NCBI GenBank assembly: GCA_934434555.1
Contig: CAKRZX010000002.1
Coordinates: 22,376-86,375 of the forward strand
Origin: an uncultured Clostridia bacterium
GTDB taxonomy: Bacteria; Bacillota; Clostridia; Christensenellales; QALW01
Length of the DNA: 64,000 nucleotides
Direction of reading: 5' to 3'
In this document: one piece after another, positions 1 to 9,565 of the stretch
Numbering within the stretch: the stretch's first letter is position 1
Layout of the letters: every line of letters begins with the position of its first letter
Position numbers and translations under genes: made by a program
Notes under the pieces: model-generated
What the model was told of the DNA's origin: nothing
The model's input: only the letters and a program-made list of their open reading frames with translations
Database searches by the model: none

Positions 1-673
1 GACGGTTGGCGATTCGCGGTGTTCCGCGGGAGCGGAGCGCTATCGCGTGGGCACCGTCAGGCTCAATGGGAATTTCAAGTATTGACGCACTGCGGCGGAT
101 TATCTTCGTCAGGTCTTCCGCGTTATACATTTCAAGACGGCATACCACGCCGAAACGGTCACGCAAAGGCGAAGTAAGCATACCCGCACGGGTGGTTGCG
201 CCGATAAGCGTAAACGGCGGCAGCGACAGGCGAACCGAGCGCGCCGAGGGACCTTTGCCTATCATAATATCAAGGGCAAAGTCCTCCATTGCGGGGTAAA
301 GAACCTCCTCAACACTGCGGTTAAGGCGGTGTATTTCATCAATAAAAAGAATATCGTTTTCGTTAAGGTTGGTAAGTATTGCCGCCAAATCACCGGGACG
401 CTCTATTGCCGGACCGCTTGTTACGCGTATGGAAACACCCATTTCAAGGGCAATGATGTTTGCGAGGGTGGTTTTGCCCAAGCCCGGGGGTCCGTAGAGC
501 AGAGTGTGGTCAAGCGCTTCGCCCCTTGCCTTTGCGGCGGAAGCAAAGATATTTATAAGTTCTTTTACTTTTTCCTGACCGATATAGTCCTCAAATTTCT
601 TGGGGCGCAGAGAGTTTTCACTGTCCGCATCCTCTTCAAGAAGCCCCGAGGTAATTATTCTTTCATCTTCCAC
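1..673 (-). CDS. ruvB: Holliday junction branch migration helicase RuvB (3' end runs off the window)
   Basis: The minus-strand frame from GTG at 673 (preceded by aggaggt) reads [14 protein letters not shown]...[20 protein letters not shown], which includes a Walker A motif. It lies directly downstream of ruvA. The ORF track misses it because it is open at the window edge. Confidence 0.95.
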   Translation of the reverse strand, partial: MEDERIITSGLLEEDADSENSLRPKKFEDYIGQEKVKELINIFASAAKARGEALDHTLLYGPPGLGKTTLANIIALEMGVSIRVTSGPAIERPGDLAAILTNLNENDILFIDEIHRLNRSVEEVLYPAMEDFALDIMIGKGPSARSVRLSLPPFTLIGATTRAGMLTSPLRDRFGVVCRLEMYNAEDLTKIIRRSASILEIPIEPDGAHAIALRSRGTPRIANR

Positions 674-679
674 AAAAAA

Positions 680-1279
680 TTACCTCCTGTCGAAACTTCT
701 TAAAACCGTGCGGATAATCTCTTCGGTGTTCTTGCATTCCGGCATAACGGATTCCACCGCTTTTTCCGCCTCCTGAGGGGAATATCCCAAGGCCGTAAGG
801 GCGTAAACCGCATCGTTTGCGGCGCTTGCCGCGGCGGCGGGTACATTGCCTTTGTCGGCAATGGCGCCTTTCAGTTCGTCGTTTTCCACTTTTTCGCGAA
901 GTTCAAGTATAAGCCGCTGTGCGGTCTTTTTACCGATTCCGGGTACGCGTGTCAGGGCGGAAGCGTCGCCGCCTACAAGAATAAGGGCAAGGTCGCCCGC
1001 CGAAATCGATGAAAGCACCTGTAAGGCGATTTTCGGACCTATTCCGCTTACGGAAATCAGGCGCAGAAACATTGCCTTGTCCTCTTTTGTCAAAAAGCCG
1101 AACAGGACTATTGCGTCCTCGCGCACATGCAGATACGTGTAAATTTTTCTCTTTTCTCCCGCAGAAACCGCGTTCATAACGCTTGCGGGGCATTGAAGAT
1201 AATATCCTGTGTCGCCGGCAGAAAGAACGATTCCGTTTTTGTCCGTTTCCTCTACCGTGCCGAAAATAAATGCGTACAT
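680..1279 (-). CDS. ruvA: Holliday junction DNA helicase subunit RuvA
   Basis: The translation MYAFIFGTVEE...ISVSGIGPKIALQVLS...LTRVPGIGKKTAQRLILEL carries helix-hairpin-helix motifs. I use the ATG at 1279 rather than the track start at 1336, which would overlap ruvC. Confidence 0.93.
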   Translation of the reverse strand: MYAFIFGTVEETDKNGIVLSAGDTGYYLQCPASVMNAVSAGEKRKIYTYLHVREDAIVLFGFLTKEDKAMFLRLISVSGIGPKIALQVLSSISAGDLALILVGGDASALTRVPGIGKKTAQRLILELREKVENDELKGAIADKGNVPAAAASAANDAVYALTALGYSPQEAEKAVESVMPECKNTEEIIRTVLRSFDRR

Positions 1280-1287
1280 AATTAACC

Positions 1288-1782
1288 CTATCTGATTTTG
1301 AATTGACTGCTCATTTTTGCCGTGTGAGCGTGGCATATTGCCGCGGCAAGACCGTCGGCGGCGTCGTCGGGACTGGGAATTTTGTCAAGCCCCAAAAAAT
1401 AGGTTACCATCTGCTGAACCTGATGTTTGTCCGCCCGTCCGTAGCCTACGACCGCCTGCTTTATTTGAAGCGGCGTGTACTCGTAAAGTTGGTCGGTTTT
1501 CATACTTGCCGCGGCAAGCAGAACACCGCGCGCCTGTGCAACGCTTATTGCGGTCTTTATGTTGTTGTTGAAAAAAAGTTCTTCAACCGCTATTGCATCG
1601 GGACGGAAACGGTCAATAACACGCTGAACGTCGGTATAAATATTCCTGAGCCTAACGGGCGCGGGCATACCGGCGGGAGTTGAAATCACGCCGTATTCAA
1701 TCATCCTGTGCCTGTGCCCGTCGGTGGAAATCACACCGAATCCGAGCGTTGCAAGACCCGGGTCGAAACCTAAAATAACCAT
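1288..1782 (-). CDS. ruvC: Crossover junction endodeoxyribonuclease RuvC
   Basis: MVILGFDPGLATLGFGVIS...AIAVEELFFNNN...DAADGLAAAICHA is a typical RuvC sequence. The ruvC-ruvA-ruvB order supports the call. Confidence 0.93.
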   Translation of the reverse strand: MVILGFDPGLATLGFGVISTDGHRHRMIEYGVISTPAGMPAPVRLRNIYTDVQRVIDRFRPDAIAVEELFFNNNIKTAISVAQARGVLLAAASMKTDQLYEYTPLQIKQAVVGYGRADKHQVQQMVTYFLGLDKIPSPDDAADGLAAAICHAHTAKMSSQFKIR

Positions 1783-2321
1783 TACTGCGCCTTTGAATCG
1801 GAAGAAAGCATACCGTAGTAAACCATATCGGCAAACGTGCCGTTTTCAAGGGCGATATCCGAAAGCATAATGCCCTCTTTGCGGAAACCGAGTTTTTCAA
1901 CAAGTTTCTGTGCGGGATAGTTTTCCTTATCAACGCGTACATACACTTTGTTTAATTCAAATCCCTTGAAACAGGTTGCTTTTATCATTTCGCTTGAAGT
2001 GCGGTAGGCTATGCCGCGGCGCAGAAATTCTTCATTGCCGATAACGATATAGTATTCCGCCTTGCGGTTGACGTCATCGATGTTTGTTAAGCCGAGCATA
2101 CCCACGGGATATTTGTTCCCGCCCTCTTCCGTCGCACAGATAACAAAATCTTCTCTTGATTTATCCAAAAGCGAGCGCTGAAACCACTTGTTGCCCTCAC
2201 TTTCGTTTTTGGGAAGATAGCCGTGGAAGAATTTTATGTGGGCGTGATTGTTGCCCCATTTTACCAAATAGGGGATGTCGCTCCGCTCAATCTTGCGGAT
2301 ATTAAGCCTGTAACTTACCAT
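1782..2321 (-). CDS. GNAT family N-acetyltransferase (RimJ/RimL-like)
   Basis: This 179-aa ORF has a GNAT-like core (EEFLRRGIAYRTSSEMI...NYPAQKLVEKLGFRKEG). Confidence 0.8.
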   Translation of the reverse strand: MVSYRLNIRKIERSDIPYLVKWGNNHAHIKFFHGYLPKNESEGNKWFQRSLLDKSREDFVICATEEGGNKYPVGMLGLTNIDDVNRKAEYYIVIGNEEFLRRGIAYRTSSEMIKATCFKGFELNKVYVRVDKENYPAQKLVEKLGFRKEGIMLSDIALENGTFADMVYYGMLSSDSKAQ

Positions 2322-2476
2322 AGTTGCACCTCTTAAAAAACAGATTCATTTTAATATTCTATTATATTATACCAAATTCCGCAAAAAAAGCAATGCACAT
2401 TTTTGCATTCGGGCATATTTTTGTTTTTGGTGCAGTATATTTAAGTGTAAAAAAGGTTTACTTCGGAGGGTTAGTT

Positions 2477-3988
2477 ATGGAATCAAGCAGGGAAAAAATA
2501 AATTTTGACAGTATTGAACGTTATCACTTTGCGCAAAGTGTAAGCACAAAGGAGTTTATTTCCGACGGCGCAAAACTGCTTTCGGTTTCGGCTTCGGCGT
2601 GCGCGGGCAGATGTGAAATGCTTAACGGCGAAGTTGTTATCGAGGGCAATGTACACTTTGTTGCAGTGTTCAGGGACGGCGAGGGAAAAATAGAGCGAGT
2701 TGAAAGAGCGGAGCGCTTTACCCTTAACGAAAACATTCCCGGCGCCGACGCAAGAGCCACGGCTTTTGCAAAATGCAGGGCGGAAAAGGTGCGCGGGTAC
2801 ACAGAGGCGGGCAGCCTTATGCTCTCTGCCGTTGCGGATATCTGTTTAACCGTTATTATGCCGGGCGAAAAAGAGATTCTTGTTTTGGGCGAAGATGAGG
2901 ATTTAAGAAAAAAAGAAAACACCGTCACACTGAGCCGTATAACGTTTGCGCAGAATCTGCGCTTTACCGTAAGCGATACGGGTGAACTTTCACTGCGTCT
3001 GCCGGAGGCAAAGGACATACTTTTCGTTTCGGTTCACCCGAAAGTAAACGAAACCCACGTAAGCGGCGGACAGTTGATAATCGGCGGCGAAATGCAGGTG
3101 CAGACGGTTTATTCTTCACTTGACGAATATGAGCCGATTGTGGAAATTACGGATAAGTTCGATTTTTCGCGCATTGTTGACGTTCCCGACGCTGCGGGTC
3201 AGGCGGAAGTGTTCCTTGCGCCGGAAAACGTTGCGGCACAAATAAAGACAAACGCCGACAACGAGGCAAGAATAATCGAATATACCGTTGACCTTTGCGG
3301 CTATGCGTACGCGCTTGAAGAAAAAGAGTATTCGTGCATAAGCGACGTGTATTCGGTAAAGAACAAACTTGACGTAAAAAAAGAAAAATTCACGGTAAAA
3401 AACAGCGTAAGCGGAACAAAGACCCAAATAAACAGGAACTTTTCGGTAACTTTGCCCGAAAACAAGCCTACGGTTTCACGCATAGGCTCCGTGGTGTTCT
3501 CGCCGAACATAAAAGAATGCAAAATGTACGATAATCGGGCAGTGCTTTCGGGCACGGGCGAGGTATCGGTAATTTATCAGTCGGCGGGCTCGGGCGAACC
3601 TGAGGGCTTTTTTGCAACCGTTCCCATAGAATTCACGGCGGATAACGTTGAGTGCAGAGGCGAAGTAAGCGCCGAAGCGGAACTTTTCGATATGCAGGCG
3701 GTACAGATTTCGGGAAATGAAATCGAAATAAGGTGCGGAATGACGGTAAACATATTCGGGCTTTGCGGTCAGGAAAGCGAAACGGTAACGGAAATTAACG
3801 ATAACGGTGAAAACGATATGCCCGAGTTCGGAATAATAATCTATACCGTTCAGAGAAACGACAGTATGTGGGACATCTGCAAGCGCTTTTGCGTGGACGA
3901 AAACGAAGTGCGTTCTCTTAACCCCGAACTGAAACAGGAGCCGACAGAGGGCGAAAAGATATATATTTTCATTCCGCTTAAACCGTAA
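2477..3988 (+). CDS. DUF3794-repeat protein with a C-terminal LysM domain (spore/cell-wall associated)
   Basis: The start was moved to the ATG at 2477, which follows ggaggg. The C-terminus IIIYTVQRNDSMWDICKRFCVDENEVRSLNPEL...GEKIYIP is LysM-like. The upstream body resembles clostridial DUF3794 proteins. Confidence 0.75.
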   Translation: MESSREKINFDSIERYHFAQSVSTKEFISDGAKLLSVSASACAGRCEMLNGEVVIEGNVHFVAVFRDGEGKIERVERAERFTLNENIPGADARATAFAKCRAEKVRGYTEAGSLMLSAVADICLTVIMPGEKEILVLGEDEDLRKKENTVTLSRITFAQNLRFTVSDTGELSLRLPEAKDILFVSVHPKVNETHVSGGQLIIGGEMQVQTVYSSLDEYEPIVEITDKFDFSRIVDVPDAAGQAEVFLAPENVAAQIKTNADNEARIIEYTVDLCGYAYALEEKEYSCISDVYSVKNKLDVKKEKFTVKNSVSGTKTQINRNFSVTLPENKPTVSRIGSVVFSPNIKECKMYDNRAVLSGTGEVSVIYQSAGSGEPEGFFATVPIEFTADNVECRGEVSAEAELFDMQAVQISGNEIEIRCGMTVNIFGLCGQESETVTEINDNGENDMPEFGIIIYTVQRNDSMWDICKRFCVDENEVRSLNPELKQEPTEGEKIYIFIPLKP

Positions 3989-4008
3989 AGAACAAAAAAC
4001 TATCAAAA

Positions 4009-4044
4009 AGAAAGCAAAACACACGTTTTCGCTTTCTTTTTTTT
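4009..4044 (+). terminator. Rho-independent terminator after the LysM gene
   Basis: An imperfect hairpin gaaagcaaaac/gttttcgctttc is followed by a T8 run. Confidence 0.6.
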
Positions 4045-4093
4045 GTAATATGTATTATAATAATAACGTATACGGATTGAGAGGATTTTAATT

Positions 4094-5203
4094 ATGGCAA
4101 GACCGACCGTGTGCATTGTGGACACGAATGCACTTAAATATAATTTCGAACAGATAAAAAAACAGGTTTTTGGGAAAAAAGTGCTTGTTCCCGTAAAGGC
4201 GGACGCCTACGGACACGGGCTTTGTCCCGTTGCCGCGGTACTTAAAGATGCGGCGGATTATTTCGGCGTGGCGACCCTTGAAGAGGGACGGGAACTGCGT
4301 GAAAGCGGTATAAAAACTCCGATTCTCTGCCTTGACCCGCTGCCTGAGGACAGCGAAAAAATCGCCGTTGAATATGACATCGACCAGGCGGTATGCACGC
4401 CCGAAGCGGTTTTAAGGCTTAATAAGGAGTGTGAAAAACAGAATAAGCGGGCAGGCGTACATATAAAAATCGAAACAGGTATGCACCGTACGGGCGCAAA
4501 CGCGGGAAAAGAACTTGAAGGCGTGCTTGACGCAATAAAGAATTCGCCGCGTATCCGTCTTGACGGCGTGTTTACACATTTTTTTGAATCGGATATTTTT
4601 AATAGAACAGCAACCGACACACAGGAAAAAAGATTTATGCTTGCTCTTGAACAGGTGAAGAATGCAGGCTTTGAAGATTTTATCGTTCACTGCGCAAATT
4701 CGGGCGCGGTAATGTCGTACCCCGAATATGCTTTTGATATGGTGCGTCCCGGAATTCTTATTTACGGGTATCTTCCGTCAAAGGAAACAAAAGTGCCGTT
4801 TGAACCCAGACCCGTGCTTTCATTCAAAACAAAAATCGTTGCGTTTACCCGCGTAAAAAAAGGTGAAACTGCGGGGTATTCGGCAACGTTTACTGCAAAC
4901 AGGGATACGCTGCTTGCGGTGCTTCCCGTAGGCTACGGCGACGGATATAAGCGTATGCTTTCAAATAAGGGTGATGTGCTTATTGCGGGGAAACGCGCGA
5001 AGATATGCGGAAATATATGTATGGATATGACCCTTGTTGACGTTACCGATATTCCGGATGCGGCTTTGGGCAGCGAGGCTGTGTTAATAGGAACACAGGG
5101 AAGCGAAAAAATAACCGCCGACGAAATAGCCGAAAAATGCCGGACGATAAGTTACGAAATAATGCTTTCGATAACAAAGCGCGTGCCTAAAATTTATGAA
5201 TAG
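4094..5203 (+). CDS. alr: Alanine racemase
   Basis: It has the PLP-lysine motif VKADAYGHG, and the 369-aa length fits the Alr family. Confidence 0.93.
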   Translation: MARPTVCIVDTNALKYNFEQIKKQVFGKKVLVPVKADAYGHGLCPVAAVLKDAADYFGVATLEEGRELRESGIKTPILCLDPLPEDSEKIAVEYDIDQAVCTPEAVLRLNKECEKQNKRAGVHIKIETGMHRTGANAGKELEGVLDAIKNSPRIRLDGVFTHFFESDIFNRTATDTQEKRFMLALEQVKNAGFEDFIVHCANSGAVMSYPEYAFDMVRPGILIYGYLPSKETKVPFEPRPVLSFKTKIVAFTRVKKGETAGYSATFTANRDTLLAVLPVGYGDGYKRMLSNKGDVLIAGKRAKICGNICMDMTLVDVTDIPDAALGSEAVLIGTQGSEKITADEIAEKCRTISYEIMLSITKRVPKIYE

Positions 5204-5708
5204 CAGAAAAAAAGGCAGAGATGCCCGAAAGGAAATACAGGGCGAAACCCGAAAAAAATATACGGAAGCAATAAACGCGAACATTGAAAAACTGCTGAAA
5301 AATAAACAGACTGTTATGGTGTATAACGCCATTGACGGCGAGGTTGAAATCAAAATAAAAAACAAAACGCTTATTTACCCCAGAGTTGAGGGTGAAAATA
5401 TCGTTCCCGTAATGCCGGAAAGTTTTGAAAAGGGCGCATACGGCATAAGCGAACCGGCGGGCGAGGTTTTTAAGGGGAAAATCGATGCGGTAATCGTGCC
5501 GATGTGCGCGTATTCGGATTCTCTTGACCGTGCGGGTTTCGGCAAAGGATATTACGACAGATTTTTGAAAAATACCGACGCGGTAAAAATCGGTGCGGCG
5601 TTTTCCTGTCAAAAGGGCGAAATATGCGTTAAAGATACCGATGTAAGAATGAATTATATAGTTACCGAAAAGGGAATTTTGGGAGAAGAAAAAAATGAGA
5701 ATGCTTAA
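5196..5708 (+). CDS. 5-formyltetrahydrofolate cyclo-ligase (short form)
   Basis: The C-terminal motif DAVIVPMCAYSDSLDRAGFGKGYYDRFL is typical of MTHFS. The ATG overlaps the alr stop. Confidence 0.75.
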   Translation: MNSRKKGRDARKEIQGETRKKYTEAINANIEKLLKNKQTVMVYNAIDGEVEIKIKNKTLIYPRVEGENIVPVMPESFEKGAYGISEPAGEVFKGKIDAVIVPMCAYSDSLDRAGFGKGYYDRFLKNTDAVKIGAAFSCQKGEICVKDTDVRMNYIVTEKGILGEEKNENA

Positions 5709-6291
5709 ACTTTCGGGAAAACTGTTTTTGGGTTTTGTTGCAACGTCGGCGGTGTCGTTTATAAGTATGATGCTGTTTCTGTCTGCCGAAATAGCGTCGC
5801 TTTACAAGGTTCTGCTCGGCGTGCTGTTTATAGGTTTTATTCTTATCATCGCCTGGAACGGCGCAAGCAATGCGGGGGAAAGGGACACAAAGGAAAATTC
5901 ATATAACCCTGTCCGCGGATTCCTTTCGGCACTTGTTGCTATGATTCCGGCGCTGATTTTGGCGATTCTGCTGCTTACGGTTTCATATCACGGGTGGGAA
6001 AAGAATAATTATGCGGCATACGAGGCATTTTATCTTATCCTTTACCTTGTGTTTCTGCCTTATTCGCCGCTGCTTGCAACGTTTGTTTCGTATAATCCCG
6101 CGTTAAGTATTGATTTTGCGCAGCCGGCAATAACATATATCCGCAATATCACCACGCCCAACGCGGTAAGCGCGCCTATGTTCTTTATTCCCATAGCCGC
6201 TTTCGTCATTGTTTCGGGAATAGGTTATATTTACGGCAGCCGTGAACGCAGGATTATAATCGATTCGTTAAAAAGATTGAAGTCAAAATAA
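5695..6291 (+). CDS. Hypothetical polytopic membrane protein
   Basis: The 198-aa ORF has several hydrophobic segments. I recognised no family. Confidence 0.55.
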   Translation: MRMLKLSGKLFLGFVATSAVSFISMMLFLSAEIASLYKVLLGVLFIGFILIIAWNGASNAGERDTKENSYNPVRGFLSALVAMIPALILAILLLTVSYHGWEKNNYAAYEAFYLILYLVFLPYSPLLATFVSYNPALSIDFAQPAITYIRNITTPNAVSAPMFFIPIAAFVIVSGIGYIYGSRERRIIIDSLKRLKSK

Positions 6292-6330
6292 AAATTTTTA
6301 TTGAAAATTACGTCGGATTATGGTAATATA

Positions 6331-6888
6331 ATGAAAGAGAAATTTGTTTTAAGGGTAATGAGCGGCAAATACCGCGGCAGAGGAATATCTTCGCCCGAGG
6401 GGAAAGACGCCGTCAGACCCACGTCAGGTATGGTAAAACAGGCGCTTTTTAATATGCTCCGCTTTTCTGTTGCCGACAAAGTCTTTCTTGACCTTTTTGC
6501 CGGAACGGGGCAAATGGGAATAGAAGCGGTGTCGACGGGCGCAAAAAAGTGCATTCTTGCCGATATTGACCCGTCGCTTGCCAAAAAGAATGCGTCGGCG
6601 ATATTAGAAGAAAGGGAATATGAAATTATTCCCGGCGACTGCTTTTTTGTGCTTGAAAGTTTAATAAAAAAAGGGATAAAACCCGATATTATATTCGCGG
6701 ACCCGCCCTACAAAGCGGGAATGTATGAAAAAATAATCGATTTATCAAAAAATGCGCTTAATGAGGGCGGCACGCTTATTTTGGAACACCCCGCCGAAAT
6801 GATTCTTGACGGGAACGGAAACTTTACGGTCGAGAGCGTCAGAAAATACGGCAAAAAATCCCTTACGTTTATGAAAGGACAGGAATGA
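6331..6888 (+). CDS. rsmD: 16S rRNA (guanine966-N2)-methyltransferase RsmD
   Basis: It has the SAM motif DLFAGTGQMGIEAVSTGA and the FADPPY motif. The start is set at the ATG at 6331 (MKEKFVLRVMSGKYRGR); the track start at 6301 is TTG. Confidence 0.85.
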   Translation: MKEKFVLRVMSGKYRGRGISSPEGKDAVRPTSGMVKQALFNMLRFSVADKVFLDLFAGTGQMGIEAVSTGAKKCILADIDPSLAKKNASAILEEREYEIIPGDCFFVLESLIKKGIKPDIIFADPPYKAGMYEKIIDLSKNALNEGGTLILEHPAEMILDGNGNFTVESVRKYGKKSLTFMKGQE

Positions 6889-7370
6889 AAACATTAGTTT
6901 ATCCCGGAAGTTTTGACCCAATAACAGTGGGCCACCTTGATATAATCCGCCGCGCGGCGAATATGACAGACAAACTTATAGTCACCGTAATGAACAATCC
7001 CGAAAAGCACTGTTTTTTTTCTCTTGAAGACCGTGTTGAAATGATAAAAAAGTCGGTTAAGGGAATAGACAATGTTGAGGTTGACCATTCCGAGGGGCTT
7101 ATGGTAGAATATATGCGTGCCACGGGCGCCGCTGCGGCTGTTCGCGGTCTGCGGGCTCTTACCGATTACGAATACGAATTGCAGTGGTACACCTTCAATA
7201 AAAAAATGGACCCCGCCTTTGATGCGATATTTATGATGGCTTTGCCCGAACACAACTTTTTAAGTTCGAGTATTGTCCGTGAAATAGGGCGGCTCGGCGG
7301 CGATATATCAAAAATGGTTTCGCCCGAAATACACGGCTTTGTAAAGAATAAACTTGAAAAAACAAGATAG
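6885..7370 (+). CDS. coaD: Phosphopantetheine adenylyltransferase
   Basis: MKTLVYPGSFDPITVGHLDIIRRAA carries the T/HxGH nucleotidyltransferase motif. Confidence 0.95.
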   Translation: MKTLVYPGSFDPITVGHLDIIRRAANMTDKLIVTVMNNPEKHCFFSLEDRVEMIKKSVKGIDNVEVDHSEGLMVEYMRATGAAAAVRGLRALTDYEYELQWYTFNKKMDPAFDAIFMMALPEHNFLSSSIVREIGRLGGDISKMVSPEIHGFVKNKLEKTR

Positions 7371-7381
7371 GAGATATTTTT

Positions 7382-7828
7382 ATGGATAATGCAATTTCCA
7401 ATTTGCTTGACGCACTTGAAAAGGAACTCAGCCAAACAAAAAAAGGTCTGTTTTCAGACAAATCACTTGTTGATGTGGACGCCTGCCTTGATATTCTTGA
7501 CGAACTCCGCGACAGTCTGCCCAATGAAATCGAGCGGGCGGGGAACATTATGAAAGAGCGCCGCCAGATACTTATCGATGCGGAAGAAGAGGCAAAACAG
7601 TGCATAGCACAGGCACAGAAAACCGCCGACGAGATGGTATCGGAGCACGAGATAACGCGCAATGCCGAAATTGAAGCGAAAAAGATGATTGATATGGCGC
7701 GGCAGAACGCCAAGGAAATTAAACTTTCGGCACATAATTATGCTATGGGCGTGTTTGATGAAATGAAAAAGCGCGTAAAGGAAATAGACGAGCAGATTGC
7801 GCAGGATGTTGAAGATTTCAACAAATAA
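7382..7828 (+). CDS. Coiled-coil protein of unknown function (ATPase subunit b/H-like)
   Basis: The 148-aa sequence is charged and heptad-rich, and the ORF follows coaD closely. Confidence 0.55.
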   Translation: MDNAISNLLDALEKELSQTKKGLFSDKSLVDVDACLDILDELRDSLPNEIERAGNIMKERRQILIDAEEEAKQCIAQAQKTADEMVSEHEITRNAEIEAKKMIDMARQNAKEIKLSAHNYAMGVFDEMKKRVKEIDEQIAQDVEDFNK

Positions 7829-8738
7829 GTTTTTTCCGCCTGAAAATATGCCTTGCGGCAACGGATAAAACCGTTATTGCCGCGGGCATAAAAAAGGCGG
7901 TTTTTGTATATAACAGGCACAGCAAAAACGCAATGCAGCCCGAAAAAACGCGGCAAAAAATAAATTTGCACGCATTTACGCCTTTCAGGCAGGCAAGGCA
8001 TTGGCTTATTACGCACGCTCCGCCGAAAGACAGCAAAAAACTCATTTGCGGAAGACTGCCTGAATCAAGCGAGAGCACGTTGAGTCCGCCGGTAAATTCA
8101 ATCAAACCCGAAAGCAGTCCCCGAAGAGGAACGTTTTGCGGCAATGCGGGCGAAACAAAGCCGTTTATTATTCCGAAGAATACCATAAACCCGCAGACGT
8201 TGAGTATGGCAAGTACGCTTTCGCTTATCGCCTGTGCCATACCGCCCTCTATATTTTCATTTATTTTTACGCCCGATTTTTGTTTAGGCGTGAGAAAACA
8301 GGAAAGAATTATCAGAGTACATACGTGTATGTAATAAAGCACCGCGCCCAGGAACGCACTTTTAAGCATAACCGTGCCGACGGTGCCTATAATAAATACC
8401 GGACCTGACGAACAGAACAGGCAGGCGGCGTAATCGCCGTCGTCAAGCCCGTTTTTCATCATTTGACCTACGGTTCTGCTGCCGGTTGGGTAGCCGCATA
8501 TAAGGCTTACGGCAAGAACAAATGCGTATTCTTCCGGGATAAGCAAAAGCCGCATAACCGGCTTTAATATTTTTGAGAAAAATCTCATTCCGCCTGAAAA
8601 ATACAGTGCTTTACTTAAAATAAAAAACGGAAAAAGCGAGGGCAGTACGGCGCCTGACCAAAGGATAATCGCGTCCCTTGCCGAGGATACGGCTTTTTCG
8701 GGGAACAGTATACAAACGGCAAGAATAATAATGTACAT
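7818..8738 (-). CDS. ylbJ: Sporulation integral membrane protein YlbJ-like
   Basis: It is a polytopic nucleoside-recognition-like membrane protein (..AIILWSGAVLPSLFPFFIL..). Its position next to rsmD/coaD and the patatin gene mirrors Bacillus ylbH-ylbI-ylbJ-ylbK. I chose the start at 8738 (MYIIILAV) because the track start at 8807 overlaps the divergent patatin gene. The 3' end overlaps the convergent upstream gene by 11 nt. Confidence 0.72.
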   Translation of the reverse strand: MYIIILAVCILFPEKAVSSARDAIILWSGAVLPSLFPFFILSKALYFSGGMRFFSKILKPVMRLLLIPEEYAFVLAVSLICGYPTGSRTVGQMMKNGLDDGDYAACLFCSSGPVFIIGTVGTVMLKSAFLGAVLYYIHVCTLIILSCFLTPKQKSGVKINENIEGGMAQAISESVLAILNVCGFMVFFGIINGFVSPALPQNVPLRGLLSGLIEFTGGLNVLSLDSGSLPQMSFLLSFGGACVISQCLACLKGVNACKFIFCRVFSGCIAFLLCLLYTKTAFFMPAAITVLSVAARHIFRRKKLIC

Positions 8739-8785
8739 CAGCAAATTTATCACCGATATAAAAGTATTACGGAGTTGAGGAAAAT

Positions 8786-9562
8786 ATGAAAAAAGTGGGT
8801 TTGGCACTTGGCGGCGGCGCAGCTCACGGAGTTGCGCACATAGGCGTTTTACAGGTTTTTAAGGAAAAAGGCGTGCCGATTGACTTTGTTTCTGGCTGTT
8901 CTGCCGGGGCAATAGCGGGGGCGCTTTACTGCACGGGCAGTGATATGTATCTTGCGGGCAAACTGTGTTCAAGCATAGATATGTCTGCATTTGTTGATAT
9001 AATTATCCCCAAAACGGGTTTCATAAAAGGCGAAAAAGCCGAAAATCTTGTGGATATGCTCTGCAAGGGAAAGAATATAGAAGAGTGTTCGCCGCCATTC
9101 ACTGCCATTGCCTGTGATATGATAGGCGGCAAGTGCGTAACGTTCGATAAGGGCAAGGTGGCAAAGGCGTGTCACGCGAGTTTTTCTATCCCCGGAGTGT
9201 TTGAACCTGTTGAAATTGACGGTATGCAACTTATCGACGGCGGAGCAATGACCCGCGTCCCCGTGGAACAGGTGCGTCAGATGGGCGCGGATTACGTGGT
9301 GGCGGTTGATGTGGGCTATCAGGGCTGGGGACACGCAAGGGCAAAAAATATGATGGATGTAATAATGAACGCTTTTGAAATGTGCGACTGGCAGGTTGTT
9401 GAGCAGGTTTATAAAAAAAGCGACTGTGTAATCAATCCCGACTTGCGGGATATTCCCTCTAACAGCCTTGAAAAAGCGGAAGAGTGCATTGAAAAGGGCA
9501 GGGAAGCCGCATTAAAGGCGGTGGACAAAATTCTTAAAGACATAAGTGACGAAAGCAATTGA
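8786..9562 (+). CDS. Patatin-like phospholipase (YlbK-like)
   Basis: It has the oxyanion motif GGGAAHG, the nucleophile motif GCSAG (GxSxG) and the catalytic Asp motif LIDGGA. Confidence 0.88.
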   Translation: MKKVGLALGGGAAHGVAHIGVLQVFKEKGVPIDFVSGCSAGAIAGALYCTGSDMYLAGKLCSSIDMSAFVDIIIPKTGFIKGEKAENLVDMLCKGKNIEECSPPFTAIACDMIGGKCVTFDKGKVAKACHASFSIPGVFEPVEIDGMQLIDGGAMTRVPVEQVRQMGADYVVAVDVGYQGWGHARAKNMMDVIMNAFEMCDWQVVEQVYKKSDCVINPDLRDIPSNSLEKAEECIEKGREAALKAVDKILKDISDESN

Positions 9563-9565
9563 GAT

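Noticed and set aside
6-703. Plus-strand ORFs 6..299 and 329..703.
   Set aside because: They are antisense to ruvB. The minus-strand frame carries the Walker A motif and is continuous to the window edge.
2324-2476. N-terminal extensions suggested by the ORF track (2324, 6301, 8807, 18652, 26763, 35424, 1336).
   Set aside because: Each extension lacks an RBS, or overlaps a neighbouring gene or promoter. An internal ATG with a Shine-Dalgarno sequence and family-typical N-terminus is available in every case.
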